The notes under the pieces: model-generated
What the model was told of the DNA's origin: nothing
Seen by the model: only the letters and a program-made list of their open reading frames with translations
The model's database searches: none
Source of the DNA: Alphaproteobacteria bacterium
GTDB lineage: Bacteria > Pseudomonadota > Alphaproteobacteria > SHVW01
Direction of reading: 5' to 3'
DNA: 64,000 bases
Assembly: GCA_016869645.1 (NCBI GenBank)
Contig: VGDO01000001.1
Location: forward strand, 3,904 to 67,903
Made by a program: the position numbers and the translations under genes
Shown here: piece by piece, positions 26,048 to 35,295 of the stretch
Layout of the letters: each line of letters starts with the position of its first letter
How positions within the stretch are numbered: position 1 is the first letter of the stretch

Positions 26048-27292
26048 ATGGCTTCAGCAAGAGATCAACTTCTCGCCTGGATCGATCAGGACAAGGACGT
26101 GCTGCTCGACTTCTTCAGCAAGTTCGTCCAGGCGAAATCGCCCAATCCGCCGGGCGACACGCTCGTCGCCGTCGCGCACATCACGGGCTTCCTCGACAAG
26201 GAGAAGCTGACCCATCGCGTGATCGCGCCCAACAAGATCATGCCCAACATCGTCGCCAGCTTCGACAGCGGCAAGCCGGGCAAGCATCTCGTGCTGAACG
26301 GCCATATCGATGTGTTCCCGGTCGCCGACGAGGAGCGCTGGAAGAACGGTGCGTGGAGCGGCAAGGTCGTCGACGGCAAGCTCTACGGCCGCGGCTCCTC
26401 CGATATGAAGTGCGGCACGACCGCGTCGATCTTCACCTACCGCTACCTCCATCGCATCAAGGATCAGCTCAAGGGCAAGCTGACTCTGACCTGCGTGTCC
26501 GATGAGGAGACGTTCGGCCCGTGGGGCGCGCGCTACCTCATGGAGCACCACCCCGAGGTACATGGCGATTGCTGCCTCAACGGTGAGCCTTCGAGCCCGC
26601 ACACGCTGCGCTTCGGCGAGAAGGGATTGCTCTGGCTCGAATTCTCGATCGCGACCAGGGGCTCGCACGGCGCCTATCCGCATGCCAGCGAGAGCGCGTC
26701 CAAGATCGGCGCCAAGCTGACCGCCGATCTCGAGAAGCTGACGGACATTCCGATCAAGGCGCCCGACAACGTGATGGGTGCCTTGCGCGCCGCGCGCACG
26801 GAGATCGAGATCGCCCAGGGCGTCGGCTCGGCCGATATCGTGCCCAAGGTGACGGTCAACATCGGCGTGGTCGAGGCGGGCATCAAGGTCAATATGACGC
26901 CGTCCAAGGCGCGCATGGAGGTCGACATCCGCCTGCCCGTCGGCATCACGGCCGACGTCGTGCTGGCCGAGGTCAACAAGATCCTCGCGCGCTATCCCCA
27001 GGTGACCATGAAGCAGATCAACAACAATCCACCGAGCTGGTGCGATCCCGGCCATGAGATGGTCGAGATCATCAGGGCGAACGTCCGCAATCTGAAAGGC
27101 TTCGAACCGAAGCCGGTGATCAGCCTCGGGGGCACCGACGCGCGGCTGTGGCGCTACATCAACGTGCCCGCCTATGTCTATGGTCCCCCGCCGACCGGCA
27201 TGGGTTCATACGACGAGCATGTCGAGCTCGACACCTTCTATCACATCGTGCGCACGCATGTTCTGTCGGCCTATGACTATTTGACGCGCTGA
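26048..27292 (+). CDS. M20-family metallopeptidase/deacylase (ArgE/DapE/acetylornithine-deacetylase-like)
   Basis: AAGGGAGGG RBS; HIDVFPV...GRGSSDMKCG...E-E/H metal ligands typical of M20. Confidence 0.75.
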   Translation: MASARDQLLAWIDQDKDVLLDFFSKFVQAKSPNPPGDTLVAVAHITGFLDKEKLTHRVIAPNKIMPNIVASFDSGKPGKHLVLNGHIDVFPVADEERWKNGAWSGKVVDGKLYGRGSSDMKCGTTASIFTYRYLHRIKDQLKGKLTLTCVSDEETFGPWGARYLMEHHPEVHGDCCLNGEPSSPHTLRFGEKGLLWLEFSIATRGSHGAYPHASESASKIGAKLTADLEKLTDIPIKAPDNVMGALRAARTEIEIAQGVGSADIVPKVTVNIGVVEAGIKVNMTPSKARMEVDIRLPVGITADVVLAEVNKILARYPQVTMKQINNNPPSWCDPGHEMVEIIRANVRNLKGFEPKPVISLGGTDARLWRYINVPAYVYGPPPTGMGSYDEHVELDTFYHIVRTHVLSAYDYLTR

Positions 27293-27415
27293 GCGATGCC
27301 ATGCCGTCGCCCCGGCGCCGGTCACACCGGTGCCGGGGCGATTGCCCTTCGCGGTACCGTCGAACAGGGTAGCAAGTCATTGCCGGCAATGCAGACGTCG
27401 GCGGGGGTCGCAAGA

Positions 27416-28597
27416 ATGAATTTCAGTCTGAGCCCCGAGCAGATCCAGCTTCAGGAGCTTGCGCGCACCTTCGCCCGGAAGGAGATGGGCGACGTCGCGC
27501 GCAAGATCGAGGCGACCAACGAGCCGCCCGCTCGGGAAATCCTCCACAGGTTTGGCCGGCTCGGTTTCCTCGGCATCAACCTCGATCCCGAATTCGGCGG
27601 CCATGGGCTCGGCGATCTCGAAGCACTCCTCGTGCTGGAGGAATTCGCCCGCGTCCATCCGGCGATTGCCTTTCCGATCTTCGAAAGTACGGTCGGTCCG
27701 ATCAAGGCGATCGAGCGCTTTGCCGGCGCCGCGCTCAAGCACCGGCTGATGCCGCCGGTATGCCGGGGCGATTTGACCGTTGCGGTCGCCATGTCGGAGC
27801 CCGACGCCGGCACTGCTTTGACAGATCTCAAGACCCGGGCCGAGCTCAAGGACGGCAAGGTCGTCATCAACGGCATGAAGCGGTGGTGCAGTGGCGGCGG
27901 TCACGCCGGCGGCTATCTCGTCTATTGCCGCATGTCGCGCGACGCCGGCGCCAAGGGCATCGGCGCGGTCTATGTCGACAATGGCGCGCCCGGTCTTTCC
28001 TTCGGCCAGCGCGAGCAGCTCATGGGTTTCCGCGGCATCTGCAGCGCCGACATCTTCTTCGATAACGTAACGGTGCCGAGCGAGAACGTCGTCGTGCCGG
28101 CTGGCTCGTTCGGCAAGCTGATGGAGGCGTTCGATCTCGAGCGCTGCGGCAACGCCACGATGTGTCTCGGCCTCGCCGCCGGCGCCCTCGATGACGCACT
28201 CGCCTATGTGCAGGAGCGCAAGCAGTTCGGCCGGCCGATCGTCGACTTCCAGGCCGTCCAGCTCAAGCTCGCGGAGATGGCCATGCAGGTCGAGGCGGCG
28301 CGCCTGCTCATCCACAAGGCCGTGTCGGCCAAGACGTCGGCCTTCCCGTCGGTCCTGTCGAGCAGTATGGCCAAGTGCTTCGCCAACGAGATGTGCCGCG
28401 ACGTCTGCGGCAAGGCCGTTCAGCTCATGGGCGGCTACGGCTACGCCAAATCTGCGCCGGCGGAGCAGCGCCTGCGCGACGCCTGGGGCTGGGGCATTGC
28501 CGGCGGGACGATCGACGTTCAGAAGGTCAACATCGCATCCGCATTGATCGGCCGGCGCTTCAACCAGCGCGGCCAGTCGGCCGCGGCCGGAAACTAA
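27416..28597 (+). CDS. acyl-CoA dehydrogenase
   Basis: ATG 27416 (MNFSLSPEQ...); ACAD N/M/C domains, catalytic-base region ...MGGYGYAKS.. at the C-terminus. Confidence 0.8.
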   Translation: MNFSLSPEQIQLQELARTFARKEMGDVARKIEATNEPPAREILHRFGRLGFLGINLDPEFGGHGLGDLEALLVLEEFARVHPAIAFPIFESTVGPIKAIERFAGAALKHRLMPPVCRGDLTVAVAMSEPDAGTALTDLKTRAELKDGKVVINGMKRWCSGGGHAGGYLVYCRMSRDAGAKGIGAVYVDNGAPGLSFGQREQLMGFRGICSADIFFDNVTVPSENVVVPAGSFGKLMEAFDLERCGNATMCLGLAAGALDDALAYVQERKQFGRPIVDFQAVQLKLAEMAMQVEAARLLIHKAVSAKTSAFPSVLSSSMAKCFANEMCRDVCGKAVQLMGGYGYAKSAPAEQRLRDAWGWGIAGGTIDVQKVNIASALIGRRFNQRGQSAAAGN

Positions 28598-28607
28598 CGG
28601 CGGCCCC

Positions 28608-29834
28608 ATGACAGCAGCGCTTAGCAAACTCCGCGTCGTCGAGCTAGCGCGTGTCCTCGCCGGGCCATGGGCGGCACAGACGCTGGCCGATCTCGGCGCC
28701 GACGTCGTCAAGATCGAGCATCCCAAGCGCGGCGACGATACGCGCGCCTGGGGCCCGCCCTATCTCGGCGGCAGCACCGAGTCCGCTTATTTTCTCTGCA
28801 CCAACCGCAACAAGCGATCGGTCGCCCTCGACTTCGCCAAGCCCGACGGACGCGACGTCCTGCTACGCCTTCTCAAGGACGCCGATGTGCTGATCGAGAA
28901 CTTTCGTCCCGGCGCCCTTGGCAAATACGGGCTGGACTATGATAGCCTTCACCGCCTGAACCCGCGCCTTATCTACTGCTCGATCACGGCATTCGGTCAG
29001 ACCGGACCCGCCAGCCACCGCCCCGGTTACGACTTTGCGATCCAGGGTCAGGGCGGGCTGATGAGTATCACCGGCCAACCCGATGGCAGCCCTGGTGGTG
29101 GTCCCATGAAAGTCGGCGTGGCGGTGACCGACCTGTTCAGCGGCCTCTACGCGACGATCGGCATCCTCGCCGCCGTCGAAGCACGGCGCGAGACCCAGCG
29201 CGGCCAGCGCATCGACCTCGGGTTGTTCGATGCGCAGGTGGCCGTGCTGGCCAATCAGGCATCCAACTATCTGGTGTCCGGCGCCGTTCCCGAGCGGCTC
29301 GGCAACAGCCATCCCAATGTCGTGCCCTATCAGAGCTTCGCCACCAAGGACGGCCATCTGATCCTGGCGGTCGGTAACGACGAGCAGTTCAAGCGCTGCT
29401 GCCGTCAGCTCGGTCGCGATGATCTTGCTGCTGACGAGCGGTTCGATACGAATAGCAACCGCATCAAGCACCGCAGCGCGCTGATCGACGAAATGGCGCG
29501 CAGCTTTGCATTGCGCACCACGGCCGAATGGCTTGCTGCGCTGGAAGCGGGCGACGTCCCCAGCGCGCCGATCAATCGCATCGACCAGGTGTTTGCCGAG
29601 CCGCAGGCGCTGGCGCGTCAGCTTCGCGTCGACCTGCCCCATCCATGCGGCATGGCGCCCTCGGTTGCCAACCCGATCCGGCTGTCGGAGACGCCGCCGA
29701 CCTATCGGCGGGCGCCACCATTGCTCGGCCAGCACAGCCGCGAGATCCTTGTGACGGAACTCGGTGTCGATCCCGCGCACTTCGATCGACTGGTGGCGGC
29801 GGGCGTGCTGAGCTGCCCTCCGGAAAGCGGATAG
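28608..29834 (+). CDS. family III CoA-transferase (CaiB/BaiF)
   Basis: LRVVELARVLAGPWAAQTLADLGADVVKIE N-terminus and catalytic Asp region characteristic of CaiB-type transferases. Confidence 0.85.
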   Translation: MTAALSKLRVVELARVLAGPWAAQTLADLGADVVKIEHPKRGDDTRAWGPPYLGGSTESAYFLCTNRNKRSVALDFAKPDGRDVLLRLLKDADVLIENFRPGALGKYGLDYDSLHRLNPRLIYCSITAFGQTGPASHRPGYDFAIQGQGGLMSITGQPDGSPGGGPMKVGVAVTDLFSGLYATIGILAAVEARRETQRGQRIDLGLFDAQVAVLANQASNYLVSGAVPERLGNSHPNVVPYQSFATKDGHLILAVGNDEQFKRCCRQLGRDDLAADERFDTNSNRIKHRSALIDEMARSFALRTTAEWLAALEAGDVPSAPINRIDQVFAEPQALARQLRVDLPHPCGMAPSVANPIRLSETPPTYRRAPPLLGQHSREILVTELGVDPAHFDRLVAAGVLSCPPESG

Positions 29835-29854
29835 CCGCCTTGACCGCGCGGCGT

Positions 29855-30820
29855 ATGCTCTATCTGAATGCTGGCGACTTGGCGTCGCTCGGTCTTGCCT
29901 TCGAAGACATGTTCGAGCCGATCGCCGGGGCGTTCCGTGAGCGGGCGCGTGACGCGGTCGTCATGCCCTCGATGGTATGGTTTCCGCGGCGACCGCAGCA
30001 GTGGTTTCATCTCGTCATGAGTTGGATTCCGTCGCTGAAGTACGCGGCAGCCAAGTTCCAGAGCGGCGACTTTACCAAGACGCGCACGCTGCCCTCGGTC
30101 AAGGGGCTGGTCGTGCTGTGCGACGATGCGACTGGCGATATTGTCGCGATCATGGATGCCGGTTGGATCACCGGCATGCGCACGGCGGCAGCCTCCGCAC
30201 TGGTCGCGCGCGAGCAAGCGCGTCGCGATTCCAGCACGCTGGCAATCTTCGGCTGCGGCCTGCAGGCACGGACCCACCTGCCCGCCTTCAAAGCGGCGGT
30301 GCCAGGCCTCGAGCGCGTTCGCATCTTCGATCGCAAGCCTGAGGGAATGGCAGACTACATCGCGGAGATGGGCGGCAGACATGGTGTCGAGATTGTGGCT
30401 GCCCACAACGTTGAGGAATTGGTGCGCGACGCAGACATCGTCCTGAGTTCGGCCACCATCATGGAGCGCGACCGGCGGCCCGTGATACATGCTGACTGGC
30501 TCAAGCCCGGCAGTCTCACCGTGACGATCGACTGGGATTCCTGGATCACCGACGATGCGATCCGGGCTATGGACATCGTCATGACCGATGATCGCACGCA
30601 GTTCGATGGCAAGCGCTCGGCCATCGGCGTCTTTCCTGCCGTTGATCGGATCGACGCCGATCTGGGCGAGCTGCTTCTCAGCGGCAAGGCGCGGCGCACG
30701 CGCGACGATCAGCGCATCATGGCATTCATGCTCGGTGTGGCAATCGAGGATCTGGCGACTGGCGTCGTGCTGTTCGAGCGCGCGCGCACACGCGGGGTCG
30801 GAACGTGGTTGCCGCTGTAG
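29855..30820 (+). CDS. ornithine cyclodeaminase/mu-crystallin-family protein
   Basis: ATG 29855 (MLYLNAGDLASLGL...); OCD_Mu_crystall Rossmann (LAIFGCGLQA). The ORF-track start at 29528 is rejected. Confidence 0.7.
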   Translation: MLYLNAGDLASLGLAFEDMFEPIAGAFRERARDAVVMPSMVWFPRRPQQWFHLVMSWIPSLKYAAAKFQSGDFTKTRTLPSVKGLVVLCDDATGDIVAIMDAGWITGMRTAAASALVAREQARRDSSTLAIFGCGLQARTHLPAFKAAVPGLERVRIFDRKPEGMADYIAEMGGRHGVEIVAAHNVEELVRDADIVLSSATIMERDRRPVIHADWLKPGSLTVTIDWDSWITDDAIRAMDIVMTDDRTQFDGKRSAIGVFPAVDRIDADLGELLLSGKARRTRDDQRIMAFMLGVAIEDLATGVVLFERARTRGVGTWLPL

Positions 30821-30870
30821 CGCAGGCAATACACTTCCGCTCCACGCGCTCAACTGGCAGACTTCCGCCC

Positions 30871-32664
30871 ATGAAGGCACCACTCGACCGGCGGCAGATT
30901 TTCCCTGAAGCAGCGCTCCCCGACGCGGCGGCGCTGCTCGACGAGGGCCGTGCCATGGCCCGCACCGTCTCGGTCGGCCGCTCGCCCTTCCTCGAGAAGT
31001 TCGGCGTCGCCTCCGAGGCTGAATACAAGCGCAGATGCATGATCGATGGGCGCATCATGATGCACGCCCAGACCGGTTTCCGCGATCTCGACAAGAGTCG
31101 CCGCGCCTGGGCGGATATCTGGGAAGCGCTCGACAAGGCGGGCTATCGCGTCGACCGCTTCGGCGTCAGCCTCGACTGGAACATGGGCTATCCGCGACAC
31201 ATGCGGAAGGGCATGACCCGCGGCACCGGCTTGATCATGGATGGCCTCGAGGATTGGATCAAGTTGACCAGCATGGCCCCGGCGGCGGCTCACTTCGGCG
31301 ATTTCGTCATTGGCTTTCCCGCCGCCTTCGAGAACACCATCGCAGCGCTCCAGGCCGGTTCGACCTCGATCGGCAATCTTGGCCAGTACTTCACCTTCCG
31401 CCAGCCGCATTGGGACGATGACGTGACGACCACGGCCGAGTCCCTCAAGGCCATCGCTCTGACCGCAGCGCAGCCGGTCGAGGTCATGGTTCATTCCAAC
31501 GTCGACGATGGGTTCGCGTCGATGTTCACCGATCTCGCCTGCTCGCTCGGCGCCATCCTGATCGAGCAGTACGTCGTCGACGAACTGTGCGGCGGCCATT
31601 CGACCTATTGCTTCGGCAACACCTATGCAAAGCCCCTCATGCGGCTCGCCTTCCAGCGCGCGGCCCACCAGGTCACGCGCGCACCCGGCAGCATGATCTA
31701 TGGCGCCACCACCATGTATGGCGCCAATCACGCCGCGAACTACGCTGCGCTTGCCACCTATCTCCGGGTCGATATCTACGCGGAAAAGACCAAGCCGACC
31801 GGTCATGCCGTCAATCCGATCCCGGTCACCGAGGCAGAGCGCATTCCCGACATCGACGAGATCATCGACGTTCACATGTTCGCCAATCGGCTGGTCGAGC
31901 TGGATGAGCCGCTGCACGGCCTGCAGAACGACGAGGAGATCGACCGCATCGCCGCAACCATCGTGGCGGGCGGCCGGCAGTTTCGCGACAACCTTCTGGC
32001 GGGCTTCGCTGAAGCCGGGATCGACGTGCGCAATCCGTTCGAGATGCTGCTGGCGATCCGCCGCGTCGGCTCCAAGCGGCTGGAGGAGCTGTTCGGTCCT
32101 GGCGCATCGACGCCGGGGCGGTTGCGCGGCCGCACGCCCTTGGTGCGCTCCCACTCGATTGAGCAGGTCGAACGCGACGGCGAAGTCCTGGTCGGTCGCT
32201 TGCCGGGGGCCGATCGTGCTGCCATCACCGGCGCCGGTCTGCGTGCCTGCATCGCCACCACCGACGTGCACGAATACGGCAAGATCCTGATCGAAACCGT
32301 GCTGCGCGAGCTTGGCATCGACATCGTCGATGGCGGCACCTCGACCGACCCGAACGATCTCGCTGCCATGGTTGCGGATGATCGTGTCGATTTCATCGCG
32401 CTCTCGTCCTACAACGGCGTGGCGCTCGATTTCGTCGCCGAGTTGAAGGACGAGATGAAACAGCGCGCCATCGAGCTGCCGGTCTTCGTCGGCGGCAAAC
32501 TCAACCGCGTGCCCGACGGCAGCAATTCGAGCCTGCCGGTCGACATCCGAGCCGAGCTTGCCGAGGCCGGCGCCATCGTGTGCACCAACGTCGAGACCAT
32601 GCTCGCCAAGCTCACGGAATTGGCCTCACGGCGCGCCCAACGTCGCGACAAATCAACTGGTTAG
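30871..32664 (+). CDS. cobalamin-binding mutase-like protein: glutamate-mutase-E (methylaspartate-mutase E)-like N-terminal barrel fused to a C-terminal B12-binding domain (2-methyleneglutarate-mutase-like architecture)
   Basis: C-terminal DVHEYG (DxHxxG) + ...SSYNG... + VFVGG B12-binding Rossmann motifs read directly. N-terminal ~440 aa shows GlmE-like pattern by eye. Start could instead be GTG 30805. Confidence 0.5.
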   Translation: MKAPLDRRQIFPEAALPDAAALLDEGRAMARTVSVGRSPFLEKFGVASEAEYKRRCMIDGRIMMHAQTGFRDLDKSRRAWADIWEALDKAGYRVDRFGVSLDWNMGYPRHMRKGMTRGTGLIMDGLEDWIKLTSMAPAAAHFGDFVIGFPAAFENTIAALQAGSTSIGNLGQYFTFRQPHWDDDVTTTAESLKAIALTAAQPVEVMVHSNVDDGFASMFTDLACSLGAILIEQYVVDELCGGHSTYCFGNTYAKPLMRLAFQRAAHQVTRAPGSMIYGATTMYGANHAANYAALATYLRVDIYAEKTKPTGHAVNPIPVTEAERIPDIDEIIDVHMFANRLVELDEPLHGLQNDEEIDRIAATIVAGGRQFRDNLLAGFAEAGIDVRNPFEMLLAIRRVGSKRLEELFGPGASTPGRLRGRTPLVRSHSIEQVERDGEVLVGRLPGADRAAITGAGLRACIATTDVHEYGKILIETVLRELGIDIVDGGTSTDPNDLAAMVADDRVDFIALSSYNGVALDFVAELKDEMKQRAIELPVFVGGKLNRVPDGSNSSLPVDIRAELAEAGAIVCTNVETMLAKLTELASRRAQRRDKSTG

Positions 32665-32683
32665 CGGGCCGCATGGAGGGCAA

Positions 32684-33454
32684 ATGCCGTTCCAGTATGT
32701 CAGCGTCGAGGACGCGATCGCGCGCGACGGCCTGCGCATGGTGGTCGTCGGCAATGTCCCCAGCCCCTGGGGCGAGGCCTCCAAAGGCATCCTCCACATC
32801 AAGCGCATCCGCTGGGTTGCCGTGCGGCTCGTCTATGACAGCGAGGCGTTGAACAACTGGAGCGGCCAGCGCAATGCGCCGGTCGCGGTCTACAACGACG
32901 AACGCCCCCGCCCCGGCTGGAACGAAATCCTGCTCCTCGCCGAGCGCCTGGCGCCCACGCCGGCCTTGCTGCCCAAGGATCCATCCGACCGCGCCCTGGT
33001 CTTCGGCCTCGGTCACGAGATGCTGGGCGAAGAGGGACTTGCCTGGTCCCGCCGCCTGCAGCTGATCCATGTCGGGCTCGAGAATGCCGGCGGCTTCCCG
33101 CAGCGCATCGCCAGGTATCTGGCGCGCAAATACGGCCACAGTGCCGCCTCGGGCGCGGCATCAGCTTCGCGTGTCGCCGAGCTCCTGCGCATGCTGGCGG
33201 CACGCCTCAAAGCGCAGCGCGCGGCCGGCAGCCGGTACTATGTGGGCCAGGCGTTGACCGCCGCCGACATCTACAGTGCGACAGTCACCGCGCTGTTCGT
33301 TCCGCTTCCGGCTGAGCATTGTGCGATGGACGCCGGCATGAGAGCGGCGTTCGAGACGCGCGATGCTGAAACGGACGCGGCGCTCGACCCGATTGTGATC
33401 GAGCACCGGGACATGATGTACGCGCAGCATCTCGAGCTGCCGCTCTCCCTCTGA
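32684..33454 (+). CDS. glutathione S-transferase-like protein
   Basis: ATG 32684 after GGAGGG; thioredoxin-like N-terminal half + helical C-terminal half; weak family signal. Confidence 0.5.
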   Translation: MPFQYVSVEDAIARDGLRMVVVGNVPSPWGEASKGILHIKRIRWVAVRLVYDSEALNNWSGQRNAPVAVYNDERPRPGWNEILLLAERLAPTPALLPKDPSDRALVFGLGHEMLGEEGLAWSRRLQLIHVGLENAGGFPQRIARYLARKYGHSAASGAASASRVAELLRMLAARLKAQRAAGSRYYVGQALTAADIYSATVTALFVPLPAEHCAMDAGMRAAFETRDAETDAALDPIVIEHRDMMYAQHLELPLSL

Positions 33455-33464
33455 CGAAGCCTCG

Positions 33465-34229
33465 TCAGGTCCGTCCGCCGCACACGGCCAGCGTCTGGCC
33501 GGTGACGAAATCGGCGCCCGCGCACAAGAACAGGATCGCATCGGCGATGTCGTCGGTCGTGGCCATGCGCCTGAGCGGCGTACTCTCGACCGACAGTCGT
33601 TTGCGATCTTCGGGCCAGGGACGCGTCCAGGGGGTGTCGACCAGGCCAGGCGCCACGGCATTGACGCGCACGTCGGGCGCCAGCGCACGCGCCAGGTTGC
33701 GCGTCAGATTGACAACGCCGGCCTTGCTCGCACCGTAGGGGATGCTGCTGCCCTGCATGGTCAAGCCCGCGACCGAGGCGAGGTTGACGATGGCACCCTT
33801 GCTCTTCTTCAGGTGCGGTGCGGCGGCGCGCGAGCAGCGGAAGGTGCCGACGAGGTTGGTCGACAACACCCTGTCCCAGGCTTCGTCGGTCAGCGCGTCG
33901 AGATCGGCGAACGGCACCGGGTCGCGCGCGATCGGCGTGCCGGCATTGTTGACCAGCCAGTGCATTTGGCCGAACGCTGCGATCGCCGCCTCGACGATCG
34001 CCTCGCCGCCGCCCGGCTTCGACACGTCGCCCGGCACAGCGGCAACATCATGGCCGGCCGACCGCAGGCGATTCGCCTCGCGCGGGCCGGCCGGATCGTC
34101 CGGTAGGTGATTGAGCGCCACGCGCGCGCCGCTGCGCGCGAATGTCTCGCAGGTTGCGAGACCGATTCCCGAGGCGCCGCCAGTGACAAGAACGACGCGG
34201 CCATCGAGCTGCGCTGACATCAAGCTCAT
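33465..34229 (-). CDS. SDR-family oxidoreductase
   Basis: ATG 34229 after GGGGGAAG; TGGASGIG cofactor motif, NNAG, S...YxxxK catalytic (YGASK). Confidence 0.8.
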   Translation of the reverse strand: MSLMSAQLDGRVVLVTGGASGIGLATCETFARSGARVALNHLPDDPAGPREANRLRSAGHDVAAVPGDVSKPGGGEAIVEAAIAAFGQMHWLVNNAGTPIARDPVPFADLDALTDEAWDRVLSTNLVGTFRCSRAAAPHLKKSKGAIVNLASVAGLTMQGSSIPYGASKAGVVNLTRNLARALAPDVRVNAVAPGLVDTPWTRPWPEDRKRLSVESTPLRRMATTDDIADAILFLCAGADFVTGQTLAVCGGRT

Positions 34230-34254
34230 TTGCTGCTTCCCCCTGCCCTGGACA

Positions 34255-35139
34255 TCATGGATTGCCACGCAGCCCCAGCTCCTTGCGCACCTCTTCGGGG
34301 CTGGCGATCTCGGCGCCGAGCAGGCGCACGATCCTGACCGCCTTCTCGACGAGGGCTGCGTTGTTCTTCGCGTAGACACCCTTGTCGATGTAGAGGTTGT
34401 CCTCCAGGCCGACGCGTACATGGCCGCCGAGCAGCACGGTCTGCGCCACCATCGGAAACTGCATGCGCGATATGCCGAAGGCGGCCCAATGCGCGCCCTT
34501 GGGAATCTGCTGGCTCATATACATCATCGCCTCGGATGTCGCAGGCATGCCCCAGGCGACGCCGAGCACCACCTGATAGAGCGCCGGGGATTCCAGCAGC
34601 CCCTCCTCGACCATGCGGTTGGCGAGGCGCACATGCCCGCCGTCGAACACTTCGAGCTCCGGCTTGGTGCCGACCGAGCGGATGAGCTGGGCCATCTCGC
34701 GCAGATGTCCGGGCGTGTTCATGAACACGTGCTCGCCCATGTTCATGGTCGCGACGTCGAGACTGCACACCTCGGGTTTGAGCTCCAGCACGTGAGAAAC
34801 CCGGTCGGCCGGCGTGGTGATCGTCGTGCCGGCGGCACCTTGCTTGGGATCATTCTTGTCGGGCAGATAGCGGCCACCGGCGCCGCAGGTGAGGTTGATG
34901 ACGATCCGGCTGCCGCTCTCGCGGATGCGCTCGACCACTTCGCGGTAATAACGGATGTCGCGGCTCGGCTTGCCGGTCGCCGGGTCGCGCACATGGATGT
35001 GCGCGATCGCCGCCCCGGCCTCGCCGGCCTCGATGGCCGCCGTCGCGATCTCCTCCGGCGTGACCGGAATCGCCGGGTGCTTGCCGACCGTGTCGGCAGC
35101 ACCCGTTACGGCGCAGGTGACGAAGACTTTTTCGCGCAT
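34255..35139 (-). CDS. BKACE-family (3-keto-5-aminohexanoate cleavage enzyme-like, DUF849) beta-keto-acid cleavage enzyme
   Basis: ATG 35139 after GGAGGGAG; MREKVFVTCAVTGA...HIHVRD...TIM-barrel Zn-site pattern typical of Kce/BKACE. Confidence 0.8.
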   Translation of the reverse strand: MREKVFVTCAVTGAADTVGKHPAIPVTPEEIATAAIEAGEAGAAIAHIHVRDPATGKPSRDIRYYREVVERIRESGSRIVINLTCGAGGRYLPDKNDPKQGAAGTTITTPADRVSHVLELKPEVCSLDVATMNMGEHVFMNTPGHLREMAQLIRSVGTKPELEVFDGGHVRLANRMVEEGLLESPALYQVVLGVAWGMPATSEAMMYMSQQIPKGAHWAAFGISRMQFPMVAQTVLLGGHVRVGLEDNLYIDKGVYAKNNAALVEKAVRIVRLLGAEIASPEEVRKELGLRGNP

Positions 35140-35180
35140 GCTTTCTCCCTCCGCCGCAGTCTTTAATCGCCAGGATAGAG

Positions 35181-35289
35181 CCTCGTGGTCAGCCTGTCGA
35201 ACCACGAGGACGCGAAATCACATCAGAAGCTTGCAATCATGCGCCTGCCAGTGGCAGCGTCCTCATGCTTCGACAAGCTCAGCATGAGG
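35181..35289. repeat. dual-hairpin intergenic element, copy A (CCTCGTGGT-N11-ACCACGAGG ... CTGCCAGTGGCAG ... CCTCATGCT-N11-AGCATGAGG)
   Basis: Read directly; second copy at 40660-40755. Lies between the divergent BKACE and thioesterase starts. Confidence 0.6.
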
Positions 35290-35295
35290 CCCTAA

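Noticed and set aside
30850-32271. 473-aa minus ORF
   Set aside because: Antisense to the B12-binding mutase-like gene, whose plus frame carries DxHxxG and Rossmann motifs.
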